This document shows positions 34,160 to 45,800 of a DNA stretch of 64,000 bases, in pieces. A model generated the notes under the pieces. The model saw only the letters and a program-made list of their open reading frames with translations. It was not told where the DNA came from and searched no databases. How positions within the stretch are numbered: the first letter of the stretch is position 1; each line of letters starts with the position of its first letter. This stretch comes from Macrostomum hystrix (Eukaryota > Animalia > Platyhelminthes): contig CATNEN010000002.1 of NCBI GenBank assembly GCA_950097015.1, positions 62,001 through 126,000 of the forward strand. The letters run 5' to 3'. The position numbers and the translations under genes are program-made.

Positions 34160-35690
34160 TGGGTAAATATAAAAAGGCTTAAGAGAGATGAGACAGGGGA
34201 GAGATGAGACAGGGGAGAGATGAGACAGGGGAGAGATGAGACAGGGGAGGGATGAGACAAGGGAAAATATTAGACACGGGAGAGATGAGACAAGGGAAAA
34301 GATTAGACACGGGAGAGATGAGACAGGGGAGAGATGAGACAGGGGAGAGATGAGACAGGGGAGAGATGACACACGGGAGAGATAATATAAGGGAGAGATG
34401 AGACACGGGAGAGATGGGACACGGGAGAGATGAGACAGGGGAGAGATGAGACAGGGGAGAAATGTGACAGGGGAGAGATGAGACACGGGAGAGATGAGAC
34501 AGGGGAGAGATGAGACAGGGGAGAGATGAGACAGGGGAGAGATGAGACAGGGGAGAGATGAGACAGGGGAGGGATGAGACAAAGGAGAAATGAGACAGGG
34601 GAGAGATAATACAAGGGAGAGATGAAACAGGGGAGAGATGAGACAGGGGAGAGATGAGACAGGGGAGAGATGAGACAGGGGAGGGATGAGACAAGGGAAA
34701 ATATTAGACACGGGAGAGATGAGACAAGGGAAAAGATTAGACACGGGAGAGATGAGACAGGGGAGAGATGAGACAGGGGAGAGATGAGACAGGGGAGAGA
34801 TGACACACGGGAGAGATAATATAAGGGAGAGATGAGACACGGGAGAGATGGGACACGGGAGAGATGAGACAGGGGAGAGATGAGACAGGGGAGAAATGTG
34901 ACAGGGGAGAGATGAGACACGGGAGAGATGAGACAGGGGAGAGATGAGACAGGGGAGAGATGAGACAGGGGAGAGATGAGACAGGGGAGAGATGAGACAG
35001 GGGAGGGATGAGACAAAGGAGAAATGAGACAGGGGAGAGATAATACAAGGGAGAGATGAAACAGGGGAGAGATGAGACACGGGAGAGATAATACAAGGGA
35101 GAGATGAGACGCGTGAGAGATGAGACAGGGGAGAGATGAGACAGGGGAGAAATGTGACAGGGGAGAGATGACACACGGGAGAGATAATATAAGGGAGAGA
35201 TGAGACACGGGAGAGATGGGACACGGGAGAGATGAGACAGGGGAGAGATGAGACAGGGGAGAGATGACACACGGGAGAGATGACACACGGGAGAGATAAT
35301 ACAAGGGAGAGATGAGACACGGGAAAGATGGGACACGTGAGAGATGAGACACGGCAGAGATGAGACACGGGAGAAAAATACAAGGGAGAGACGTGACAGG
35401 GGAGAGATGAGACACGGGAGAGATAATATAAGGGAGAGATGAGACACGGGAGAGATGGGACACGGGAGAGATGAGACACGGGAGAGATGACACACGGGAG
35501 AGATGGGACACGGGAGAGATGAGACACGGGAGAGATGGGACACGGGAGAGATGGGACACGGGAGAGATGGGACACGGGAGAGATGAGACACGGGAGAGAT
35601 TAGACAGGGAAGAGATGAGACAGCCGTGTTGGAAGTGGTCGCTGTATTGGATTTGGGAGCATTGCGGGCCCCACCTGGTCACCCCAAAAA
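34160..35690 (+). mobile_element. Degenerate hAT-MITE copy with an expanded 16-bp minisatellite (1.45 kb), in the SoxB intron
   Basis: GGGAGAGATGAGACA[C/G] array. The right flank gtgttggaag..ggatttgggagcattgcgggcc is homologous to the right arm of the copy at 41989-42677. Confidence 0.75.
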
Positions 35691-36429
35691 AATTTGCAAC
35701 CTAAAAATCTAAGTCGCTCGGTATGCCGACTGAAACAAAAATGATTAGAAAAATTTTTTAAGCTCTCGCACGCGGCCATTCGGTTGATTGAGCTGAGCTG
35801 GTCCAGTCTGAGAACCCTAAGGGCTCTTCTGGGGGTAAGGGGAGTGAGTAGGGTTGCTGAGCAGCTCAGGTGGCGGGGGCCTAGCAACAGTAATTATGGG
35901 CAGAGTGCGGTCGAGTCGACCATTCTAGGGGGGCTGCCATTGTGCTGGGCTTAATTTGTAACGATGGGGATCTGTGGGGCCTGACACCTGGCCTCGAGAC
36001 CAAGGTAAATGGCAATTTTCGGTGAAGATTGGGCTAGCGAGACCGTTGCTCATGGAATTGGGGAGAAAATTGAGGGGCCTTATTTCTTGCCGAATTGATA
36101 TCCCACTGAGGGTGGGTAACCACCCCTTAGGCCTCGGGCTATTGCTCGGAATTCCTCTAATTCCATTTATATAATTCTAATAATTCTCCATTAGCTATGC
36201 AGGACCTGCTTGGCAACTAACTTGGTATCAAAGTCAAGCCGTCATTTTTTAAGTACGAGATTTAAAACAGGAAAATAATTTTCAGCTGCTTTTCAGCCTA
36301 TGGACTCATCTCTCGGACGAAAGTTCGCAAAAAAATTTGCTCTGCACAATAGTTAATTTTTTGATATTCCAGAATTTTTTTAGTTTATTCAAACCCCCCG
36401 GAAAATGGGGGTTTGGCGGGGAGTTGTCT

Positions 36430-36750
36430 ATGTCACATCATCATTTGGTGACAACTGACACGCAACCAGCGAGGAGGCAATTCTGCCCATTTCGCTGACT
36501 CCTGAGCACAGACGTACACAGATACCGTACGCAGGCAAACACACACACACATGTGTGTACATCTGCATCTGTATGACTTTATTATCGTCAGGCAGTGTAA
36601 AATTTCACTGTGCCCTAGAGGTTGGTCATCAAAGGTGTAAATTGCACGACAAGCCCCCCAAGCCCTCTCTCCGTGGCCTCGCCGCGGAATCGAGCTCAGG
36701 GCCCTTTGGTGCTAGAAACAAAAACGTTATACCGCTCTGCCACTCACCCC
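36430..36750 (-). mobile_element. Near full-length tRNA-derived SINE (~320 bp) in the SoxB intron
   Basis: Minus strand: gggtgagtggcagagcgg...gctcgattccgcggcgagg..ggagagagggcttggggggcttgtcgtgc...tgctcaggagtcagcgaaatgggcagaattgcctcctcgctgg..gtcaccaaat. Confidence 0.85.
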
Positions 36751-36927
36751 TACAGCTCTGGAATACAAACTAGTTTCCCGTTGACAAAAATTCGAACCCC
36801 TAACCTCTTCAGTCGAGGGTCTAATGTTCGAGAAATAAAGGCATTTGAGTAGTCATACACGAATTTTGAGCGTAAGACATCTTTAAGGTCCCAAAATCAA
36901 CATTGATCACAATTATCCTATCAACAG

Positions 36928-37470
36928 TTCTCGCCGGCATTGAAGCAATCAAGCCAGTTTCGGCAGCAACAGCAGCCATCGTCAGCCAGCAAGAAGGAGG
37001 ACCGAGTGAAGCGGCCGATGAATGCCTTCATGGTGTGGAGCCGGGGCCAGAGGCGCAAGATGGCCCAGGAGAACCCGAAGATGCACAACTCGGAGATCAG
37101 CAAGCGGCTGGGCACGGACTGGAAAGGCCTGACCGAGTCGGAGAAGCGGCCCTTCATTGACGAGGCCAAGAGGCTGCGAGCGATGCACATGAAGGACCAT
37201 CCGGACTACAAGTACCGGCCGAGGCGAAAGGCGAAGACTCTGGTGAAACGACAGGATCGATACGCTGTGGCTGCGGCTGCGGCGGCGGCTGCTGCGGCTG
37301 CCACTGGAGCTGCTTCTTCACCAGATTTAGGCCAACAGCCGAAGCAGCAGCAGCAGCATCAGCAGCAGCAGCAGCAACAGGCCTTGCCACATCAACACCG
37401 GCTTTCTCATCACACAGGCTACAGTTCTGCGCAGCAAGGGGACGAGCTTTTTTCGCAGTCTCAGCTGTAT

Positions 37471-37504
<34 letters not shown>

Positions 37505-37758
37505 TAGTCTATCATTCCGCTCTAACCTACCCTCCACCTGGCTACCATTTCGAAGCTGAGCAGCTGCATCAGCAGGCTGTGCCATGGCAGCCATTTTACA
37601 GCGCGCAGCAGCAGCAGCAACAGCAGCAACATCATCTAACAACTCCCCAGATAACCTCGTTTAGCGAGCTTCAACAAGTGCAAAAGCAGTTGTACAATAA
37701 TGCAACAATGCACTATTCTCACGGCGGCATTGACTTATCGTGTGACACATTGATTTAG
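36928..37758 (+). CDS. soxB: SoxB HMG-box transcription factor, main exon
   Basis: [70 protein letters not shown] is a group B HMG box plus B motif. B1 versus B2 is unresolved (mixed residues). Confidence 0.96.
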
Positions 37759-39832
37759 ATAGTTAAAGTTAAACCATTTGAAACTTAGGCTTGTATTTTC
37801 ATTGCCAGATTTTATGCATGCAGTCGATTAGCATCAATTTTTCCTCTTTACTATTTTTGAACGCTAAAGGAAAAAGGTAGGATTGCGGAAAATTGTTCTA
37901 TAAAGGATAGGGAAAATCTTTGTGGTTTTTGAAAAGCATGCAGTTCTGAACTCTAAAAGCAATATGCAATCTTGCCATCTATCTGCGTGCAACATCATAA
38001 AAAACCTTTGTTTTGAAATTTGTTTGAATTTTTCAAACCTATTTGCCGCGGTAAAAGAAGGATCAAAACGCAAATTTATTCTTCGTAAATTTTAAGATTT
38101 GTTAAATTGGCATGAATTATAATAATTAACGACGCTCGTTAGATGTCCGCTCCTTGTCGTAATTTTTTGCTAGTGTAATTTACATCAATCGATACTCATA
38201 TAAGATTCAGCTCACATAAAATACATAACGAGCAAACGAATGTTTTCACTTCGTTCATGCCCACGTTCCTATGCTGAAACAGTGAACTCTTTGTATAAAT
38301 AAATGCTTAGTTCTTTATTTGTATATTTAATTCATGGATCTTACAATAAATTGGCACGAGACAATAAAAATACAGATAGTTATTTGCCTTTTTTACCTCA
38401 TTGATTGATGAATAACGTGATTTAAAACCTGTCGTTAAAAAAATTTGTAATATATATTTTTATTTTGTTTGCTTAGTTAAAAAATTTTACGATTGGATAT
38501 TATAAACTTCGAGTTCCTGGCCTTCTTAATTCTTCCAGACTTACCTGTCGAAGTAAAGCGTATAGCTTAAAATAAATAAATACATATTAAACAACTCTTT
38601 ATTTTGTAAATAGCTTAGTGAGCTTGATAAAATGTAGAACGATAATGCGCGTGTATTTATTTGTTGTTGTATAGTGAGTTTAACAGAAGGAAACTATAAG
38701 CAAAGGTAAAATTGCAAAAAATGGATACAATTAACTTGCTAAACCAGCCTTGGATATGACAACTTCATTTGCTTACATTAGCTGGTAGAATCCCAATTAA
38801 TGTACCTAGACCAATTATATACTTCAGAAAATGCTCCCATTAGTTATGAAGAAAGAGAGTTTCATTTAATACAGTTTGCTTTTGAACGATAGTAATAGTA
38901 TTAGCTTATTGATTGACACAGAATTTTCATATTTTCAAAAAAAGAAAATTCGTTGTCGTTTTTTGTATTCCAATTTTTTATAAACATATAGTCAGCAATA
39001 GGAGCAAAAAGATGTCTAAAATGTCACAAAAGACGTATTGTTTTACAACTGCAATAATTGTGAAATTATTATGCGCGCTGAGTTTAGTTAATTAGTATTA
39101 GCAGTAAAACAAAGAGTAAACAAAAAGGTAGCGATTCTAAAAGTGCCAAAATATCAATACAAAAATCCTACATTAGAAAATTTGCTAGCAGAAATTAGTT
39201 TAAAAAAGAATAAATAGTCTATTAGCCTTTAACATCTACAAAATCATCTAGGCAAAAAACTAAAGCATCTAAAAGCAAAGCGTAAATCTTCGAAATATAG
39301 CTCGTATTATGCGTGAGGATTCGAGTAAAACAAAAATATCTAAAACTATATAATGCTAGCTACTATGCGATAACTGAAAAAATCGTATGAAATGGACAGT
39401 GTGTTGTGTCCCAATCTTGTTGGGAGTGTTAATTTGTGATATAATAATGGTCATATAACGGGTTAATTTTTTATTCCGTTAGCAAAAAATGAATTTGATG
39501 GATTTATGAACTTAAGATGAAAATAACAGTTGATCTCAGACTCTTCCGCTATGATTTTTTTTCTTTTTTTTCAACAGAATATTCCACCATATAAAAATTT
39601 TGTATCGAGCTATGAGACAAGAAATTCATTATTTTAGCCTCACAAACTGTTTTCGAATTTTACAGTTAGTATAGCTTTCGTCTATCATGTTTTGCTGTTT
39701 GGGTCTGAGGAAATTATAGTCTTACTTTTATTCTTTAAATATTTACTTTAAAATCTAGTTTTATTGAAAAGGTTCAACCCGACGATTGCACGTAATCGTC
39801 TCGCGAGATAATTCAGCCGTGCCGTGCCATGG

Positions 39833-42800
39833 TTACATCTGGTGATACGATGCGGACATGCCAGAAGTTCCGTAACTCGGCATCGCTACTCTGTCCAGGT
39901 TCTGAAGCAGCATCGCCTGCTGATCTGTTTAATTTAATTGTTTGTCAGAATTAATGGACGACTAATAAACAAAAAATGATTATCGGCGTTAGGCATTAGC
40001 AGATTAAGAAATCAATGGAACAAGACGTTGACGGAACTAGAAGTTAACGGAAAAATAAGTTTACAGAACAAGAATTTATCGGAACAAGAAGTCAGTGGAA
40101 CAAGAAGTTAACGGAACTAGAAGTTAACAGAACAAGAAGTTAACGGAACAAGAAGTTAACGGAACAAGAAGTTAACGGAACAAGAAGTTAACGGAACAAG
40201 AAGTTAACGGAACAAGAAGTTAACAGAACAAGAAGTTAATGGAACAAGAAGGTAACGGAACAAGAAGCTAACGAACAATAAGTTAACGGAACAAGAAGTT
40301 AACGGAACAAGAAGTTAACGGAACAAGAAATTAACGGAACAAGAAGTTAACGGAACAAGAAGTTAACGGAACGAGAAGTTAACGGAACGAGAAGTTAACG
40401 GAACAAGAAGTCAGTGGAACAAGAAGTTAACGGAGCTAGATGTTAACGGAACTAGAATTTAACGGAGCTAGAAGTAACCGAACCTTGAAGCTAAAAAAGT
40501 TAACAGAACAACTATTTTAGCGCAATAATTTGATGTTGATTGCCGTCTCACCGGGTGAGACGTGGTGCAGCTCGCACTGCTTCCTCACAAAGTCAGCGAT
40601 AGCATCGCGCCTCAGCTCCAGGCCTTGCATCTTGGTGACAAATGAGCTGGCGGGTAGTTGTGAAGGGCAGACGATAATAATTAGTATTTACGGCTTTTAA
40701 AACGTGACTGTTTTTAACAAAACAGAATGATAAGCTGCAGTTTCAGCTTCGATTCTATGAACAGTTCTTGCTGCGATTCCATCTGGAGTTCCTGCTGCGA
40801 TTCTATGAACAGTTTCTGCTGCGATTCTAAGAAAAGTTCCTGCTGCGATTCCATCTGGATTTCCATCTGCGATTCTAAGAACAGTTCTTGCTGCGAATCC
40901 ATCTGGATTTCCATCTGCCATTCTAAGAACAGTTCTTGGTGCGATTCTATGAACAGTTTCTGTTGCGATTCTAAGAAAAGTTCCTGCTGCGATTTCATCT
41001 GGAGTTCCTGCTGCGATTCTATGAACAGTTTCTGCTGCGATTCCACCTGGATTTCCATCTGCCATTCTAAGAACAGTTCTTGCTGCGATTCTAAGAACAG
41101 TTCTTGCTGCAATTCTAAGAACAGTTCTTGCTGCAATTCTAAGAACAGTTCTTGCTGCAATTCTAAGAACAGTTCTTGCTCCGATTCTAAGAAAAGTTCC
41201 TGCTGCGATTCTATGAACAGTTCTTGCTGCGATTCTAAGAACAGTTTCTAAGAACAATTCTAGAAGTGTTCGCATATGCAAGCCAATTGACCAAAATTTA
41301 TATTCTAGTTTGTATAATTCGCATGCACGCACTTGCAAAGCAGGTGAGAGATCCTAATTTTCACGAGGAAATAAAGAAAGCACAAAGAAAAACTTCACGG
41401 CAGCAGCGGCTGAACAATTGTAAGTAGAAAAGCAAACTAAACAGAAGATCCGCATTCTCAACTAGGAGAATGCGGACTCAGCCTCAGCTTTTTAACAGAC
41501 ATTTCGTCGCCAGGTCCTTCCCGTTTCTGACTGGCGGCTGCTGAAGAAAAAAATCCCAACACACAATGTCACTTCCCTCCGCGGCGCCGACCTATGGCAG
41601 TTTTTTATTCAAATTCTGGCCTCGCCACGGGTTGGAATGAAAGGAACCCAAGAAATTTTAGAGACGAAAAGTCTGAGCAGGAAAACTGACAATGCAGCTG
41701 AGAACACATCGGGGCTAAGGAGTGGAAGTCTATTTGGGGATCTGCAGTTGATTCTAGAGTATATTCTCTTCCCAACTCAAGTGACTCAGGCCGTATGTGG
41801 TAGTTAAGCTGAAACTAGCGACTAGTTACTGGCAGCATTCTGCCGCAGAGGCGGCACACTTTTTGGCTACTGAAAATTTAAATGAACAAAGGAAATATTT
41901 GTGCAGCGCGTATTAGCATTAACTATTGTCCGCGGTGTCAAGACATTTAAAAAACATTGGCTTCTCTATTCTGAAACACTCTCTACATCAGGGGTCGGCA
42001 AACTTATTAGTTAGCTGGCCAAAAAGAGAACCTAAAAGACGACAGCGGGCCGCATTGACTGTAGAAACATAAGAGAGGTATATCAGAGATTGGGGAGAGA
42101 TGAGACAGAGGAGAGATGAGACACGGAAGAGACGAGACACGGGAGAGATGAGACACGGGAGAGATGACACACGGGAGAGATGACACACGGGAGAGATGAG
42201 ACACGGAGAGATGAGACACGGGAGAGATGAGACACGGGAGAGATGACACACGGGAGAGATGAGACACGGGAGAGATGACACACGGGAGAGATGAGACACG
42301 GGAGAGGTGAGACACGGGAGAGATAAGACACGGGAGAGATGACACACGGGAGAGATGAGACAGGGGAGAGATGAGACACGGGAGAGATGAGACACGGGAG
42401 AGATAAGACACGGGAGAGATGACACACGGGAGAGATGAGACACGGGAGAGATGAGACACGGGAGAGATGAGACACGGGAGAGATGACACACGGGAGAGAT
42501 GAGACACGGAAGAGATGACACACGGGAGAGATAAGACACGGGAGAGGTGACACACGGGAGAGATGAGACATGGGAAAGATGAAACAGTATACTATAGGTG
42601 TCGGAAGGGGCAACGGGTCGGATTTGGAAGCTTTGAGGGCCGCTTGTGACCCGCGGGCCGGAGTTTGCCGACCCCTGCTCTACATGATCCCTTTTCTTCT
42701 TCCATTTTCCAACCCCTACTTTGTCTCTTTACTCTCAGGATCTTTATTAATCCACTTTCTTAACTCCGCACACCCCCTTCTTGCCCCCCTTCTTCCCCCT

Positions 42801-45800
42801 TTTCTTCCCTCTCTCGCACTATATCTCCACTTCTTCCTCCTCTCCCGTTCGTTCTCCCTCTCTTCCGTTCTTTCTCCCCTTTCTACCCCTTCTTTTTTCC
42901 TCTCTGCTCTTCTTTCTCCTAAATTCCCCCTCTTTCTCCCCTTTCTCACCTTTCTTTCCCTTCTTTCTCCCCTCTCCCCTTCTTTCTCCCCTTTCCTCTC
43001 CTTCTTTCTCCTACTCTTCCCCTTCTTTCTCTCCTTTCTTCCCCTTCTTTCTACCCTTTCCCCTTCTTTCTCCCCTCTCTTACTCTCTCTCCTCTTTATT
43101 TTTTATCCCTCATTTAAATTTCTTTATCATACTCGTATTTCTCAATATTCTTCAATCTCTACCACTTCTTTCTCACATTCTTCTTTAATTTAACTAAAAT
43201 TAAACTAAATACGCACTCAACAACGTCGGTACGAATCAAATCAGTACAACAAAAAAAGGGATTTTCTTGGAGACGAAACAAGTTTAGATGAGGTATTTCC
43301 ACATTGCTACTCTAAGTAGAATATCAGATTTTCCCGATTAAATTAACAGAATGCTTGACTGCAAAGTTTGTGTAAATAATTCAGTTTTTTTCTGAATCGA
43401 TTCACTTAAGAATTATCTCTTTAAACGGTTTCCTAAGTGTTTTAATTCCGCTGAAGAATGTACTTTTAGAAATGAAATTTAAAAGTACATTAGAAGGATT
43501 TAAAGTTCTGTTTTTGAACGAGCTCGCTTACCCAATCAGAGCCGTGACACGATATGACGACTGGTCATAACTACCGATTCTGAAAGTAATTAGGGGACAG
43601 ATTCGAGTAAAGCTTTGATAATGCTACCTTGCATGACAATAGTTTCCTACCTTGACCTCTGCTCAGCGTCCACTGCGTCACAAAAGGCGGCAGTCCAAAA
43701 TCGCTGACTCTGCCAGATGCCCTGATCCTTCAGGTAATTGTACAGGTAGGTCTTGCGGTCCGTGCCGAACTGATTGGCTGGAACTGGAATGAGAATATTG
43801 GAAAAAAGATAATTTAAATCAGTTCGAGGACGTGGCATTGGGAAGTGACTTTTCACTTGGGATTGTCAAAAGTTTGAGCAATTGGGGTTCAGAAAATATT
43901 GAGCACGTGAGATTGAGAACAGTTTAAGCACCTGAGATTGAGAACAGTTTGAGCACAAGGGACTGAGAATAGTTTCAGCACAAGGGACTGAGAATAGTTT
44001 GAGCAAGTGGGATTGAGAACAGTTTGAGCACGTGGGATTGAGAATAGTTTGAGCACGTGAGATTGAGAACAGTTTGAGCACGTGCGATTGAGAACAGTTT
44101 GAGCATGTGAGATTGAGAACAGTTTGAGCATGTGAGATTGAGAACAGTTTGAGCACCTGAGATTGAGAACAGTTTGAGCACGTGGGATTGAGAATAGTTT
44201 GAGCACGTGAGATTGAGAACAGTTTGAGCAAGAGAGATTGAGAACAGTTTGAGCACGTGAGATTGAGCACAAGGGACTGAGAATAGTTTCAGCACAAGGG
44301 ACTGAGAACAGTTTGAGCACGTGAGAATGAGAACAGTTTGAGCACGTGAGATTGAGAACAGTTTGAGCAAAATGGACTGAGAACCGTTTTTTAAAATGTA
44401 CTGAGAACAGTTTGAGTTTGTAGGTTTGAGAACTGTTCGAGCACAATTGACAGAGAAAATTTTAACCTAAAAGGAATTAAAACAGTTATAGCTCAAGAGT
44501 TAAAGATTTTTTGAGTTTGAGCACACATCAAACACAACACTTACGCGTGTAGAACACGAAGGCAATGTCCAAGAGAGCCCTGGCAGTTCTCCAGTCCTCA
44601 GCCAGGTTGCACTCCATCAGGGCCGCCGCCATGCTCTGCGCCATCGCGTAGAACGCCGACTCGTCCAGACGGTCAGCGAAGCCGCCGATGCCGCGGCTCT
44701 GCTGCTGCTGCTGCTGCTGCTGCTGGTACTGCTCCAGAGTTTTAACAAACCAAACTCGACCAGGAAGTTTCTTGGAAATTGTAGCGGGTTTTTAATACTA
44801 TTAGAATTTAGTTTTGTTTATGAACAAATCTAGAAATATAACATTGGATAATGGGATAATGGGATCTCAGCTGATCTCATGGGATAATGAGGATGGGATC
44901 TCAGCTGATCTCATGGGATAATGAGTATGGGATCTCAGCTGATCTCATGGGATAATGAGTATGGGTTCTGATCTGATCTCATGGGATAATGAGTATGGGA
45001 TCTCAGCTGATCTCATGGGATAATGAGTATGGGTTCTCAGCTGATCTCATGGGATAATGTGTATGGGATCTCAGCTGATCTCATGGGATAATGTGTATGG
45101 GATATACACTTAAAAAATGAGTTGGTAATATCTTTTTATTTCACGAGACATAATTAACCATAAAATGACACAAATAATTTATTGACTTACCTGGCACATT
45201 CTCGAAAAGTTCGCCTTGTCCTGCTGACTCATCACGTGACTGGATATAAATAGAAAAGAAATTATATTCGTACGGTGCAGTAGATTTAAAAATAAATAAA
45301 TAAATTATGTTGCTCGGAGCTCAAATGTTTTTCGTTAATCTGTTTCTTACAATCGCAGAGCTGCAAAAATAATTTAACAGGAGTGGGGGAGTCAGTTCAT
45401 CGTAAAGGGCAGAAAATTTAGATCTAAATGGTGCATTTTCACGAAAGTCGGTCTTCGTGCCTAGACTTATTATTTTATTTTGTAATCAGCTCACCCAAAC
45501 GACAAGCCTCACCTCCTGTTGATGACCAGGTCCACATACTTGGCCATGAACTCGCGGCACATCTGAACTCCAGGATCGCTCAAGTCCTCAGCCTTCTGGT
45601 GCTCCATCAGCCACTGCGACCGGGCGAACTTCCCGTCGTCTAAGTTGGACATCATCCCGGAGTTCCAGCCGTCGTCGCGCCAACCGCCGCCTCCCAATCC
45701 GTCCTGCTGCTGCTGCAGCTGCTGCTGCATTTGCGGATCCATTCCAGCTAGTGACTGGCGCCGAACCAAAGCACTATTGTCACCTCCTCCGGATAGAAAC

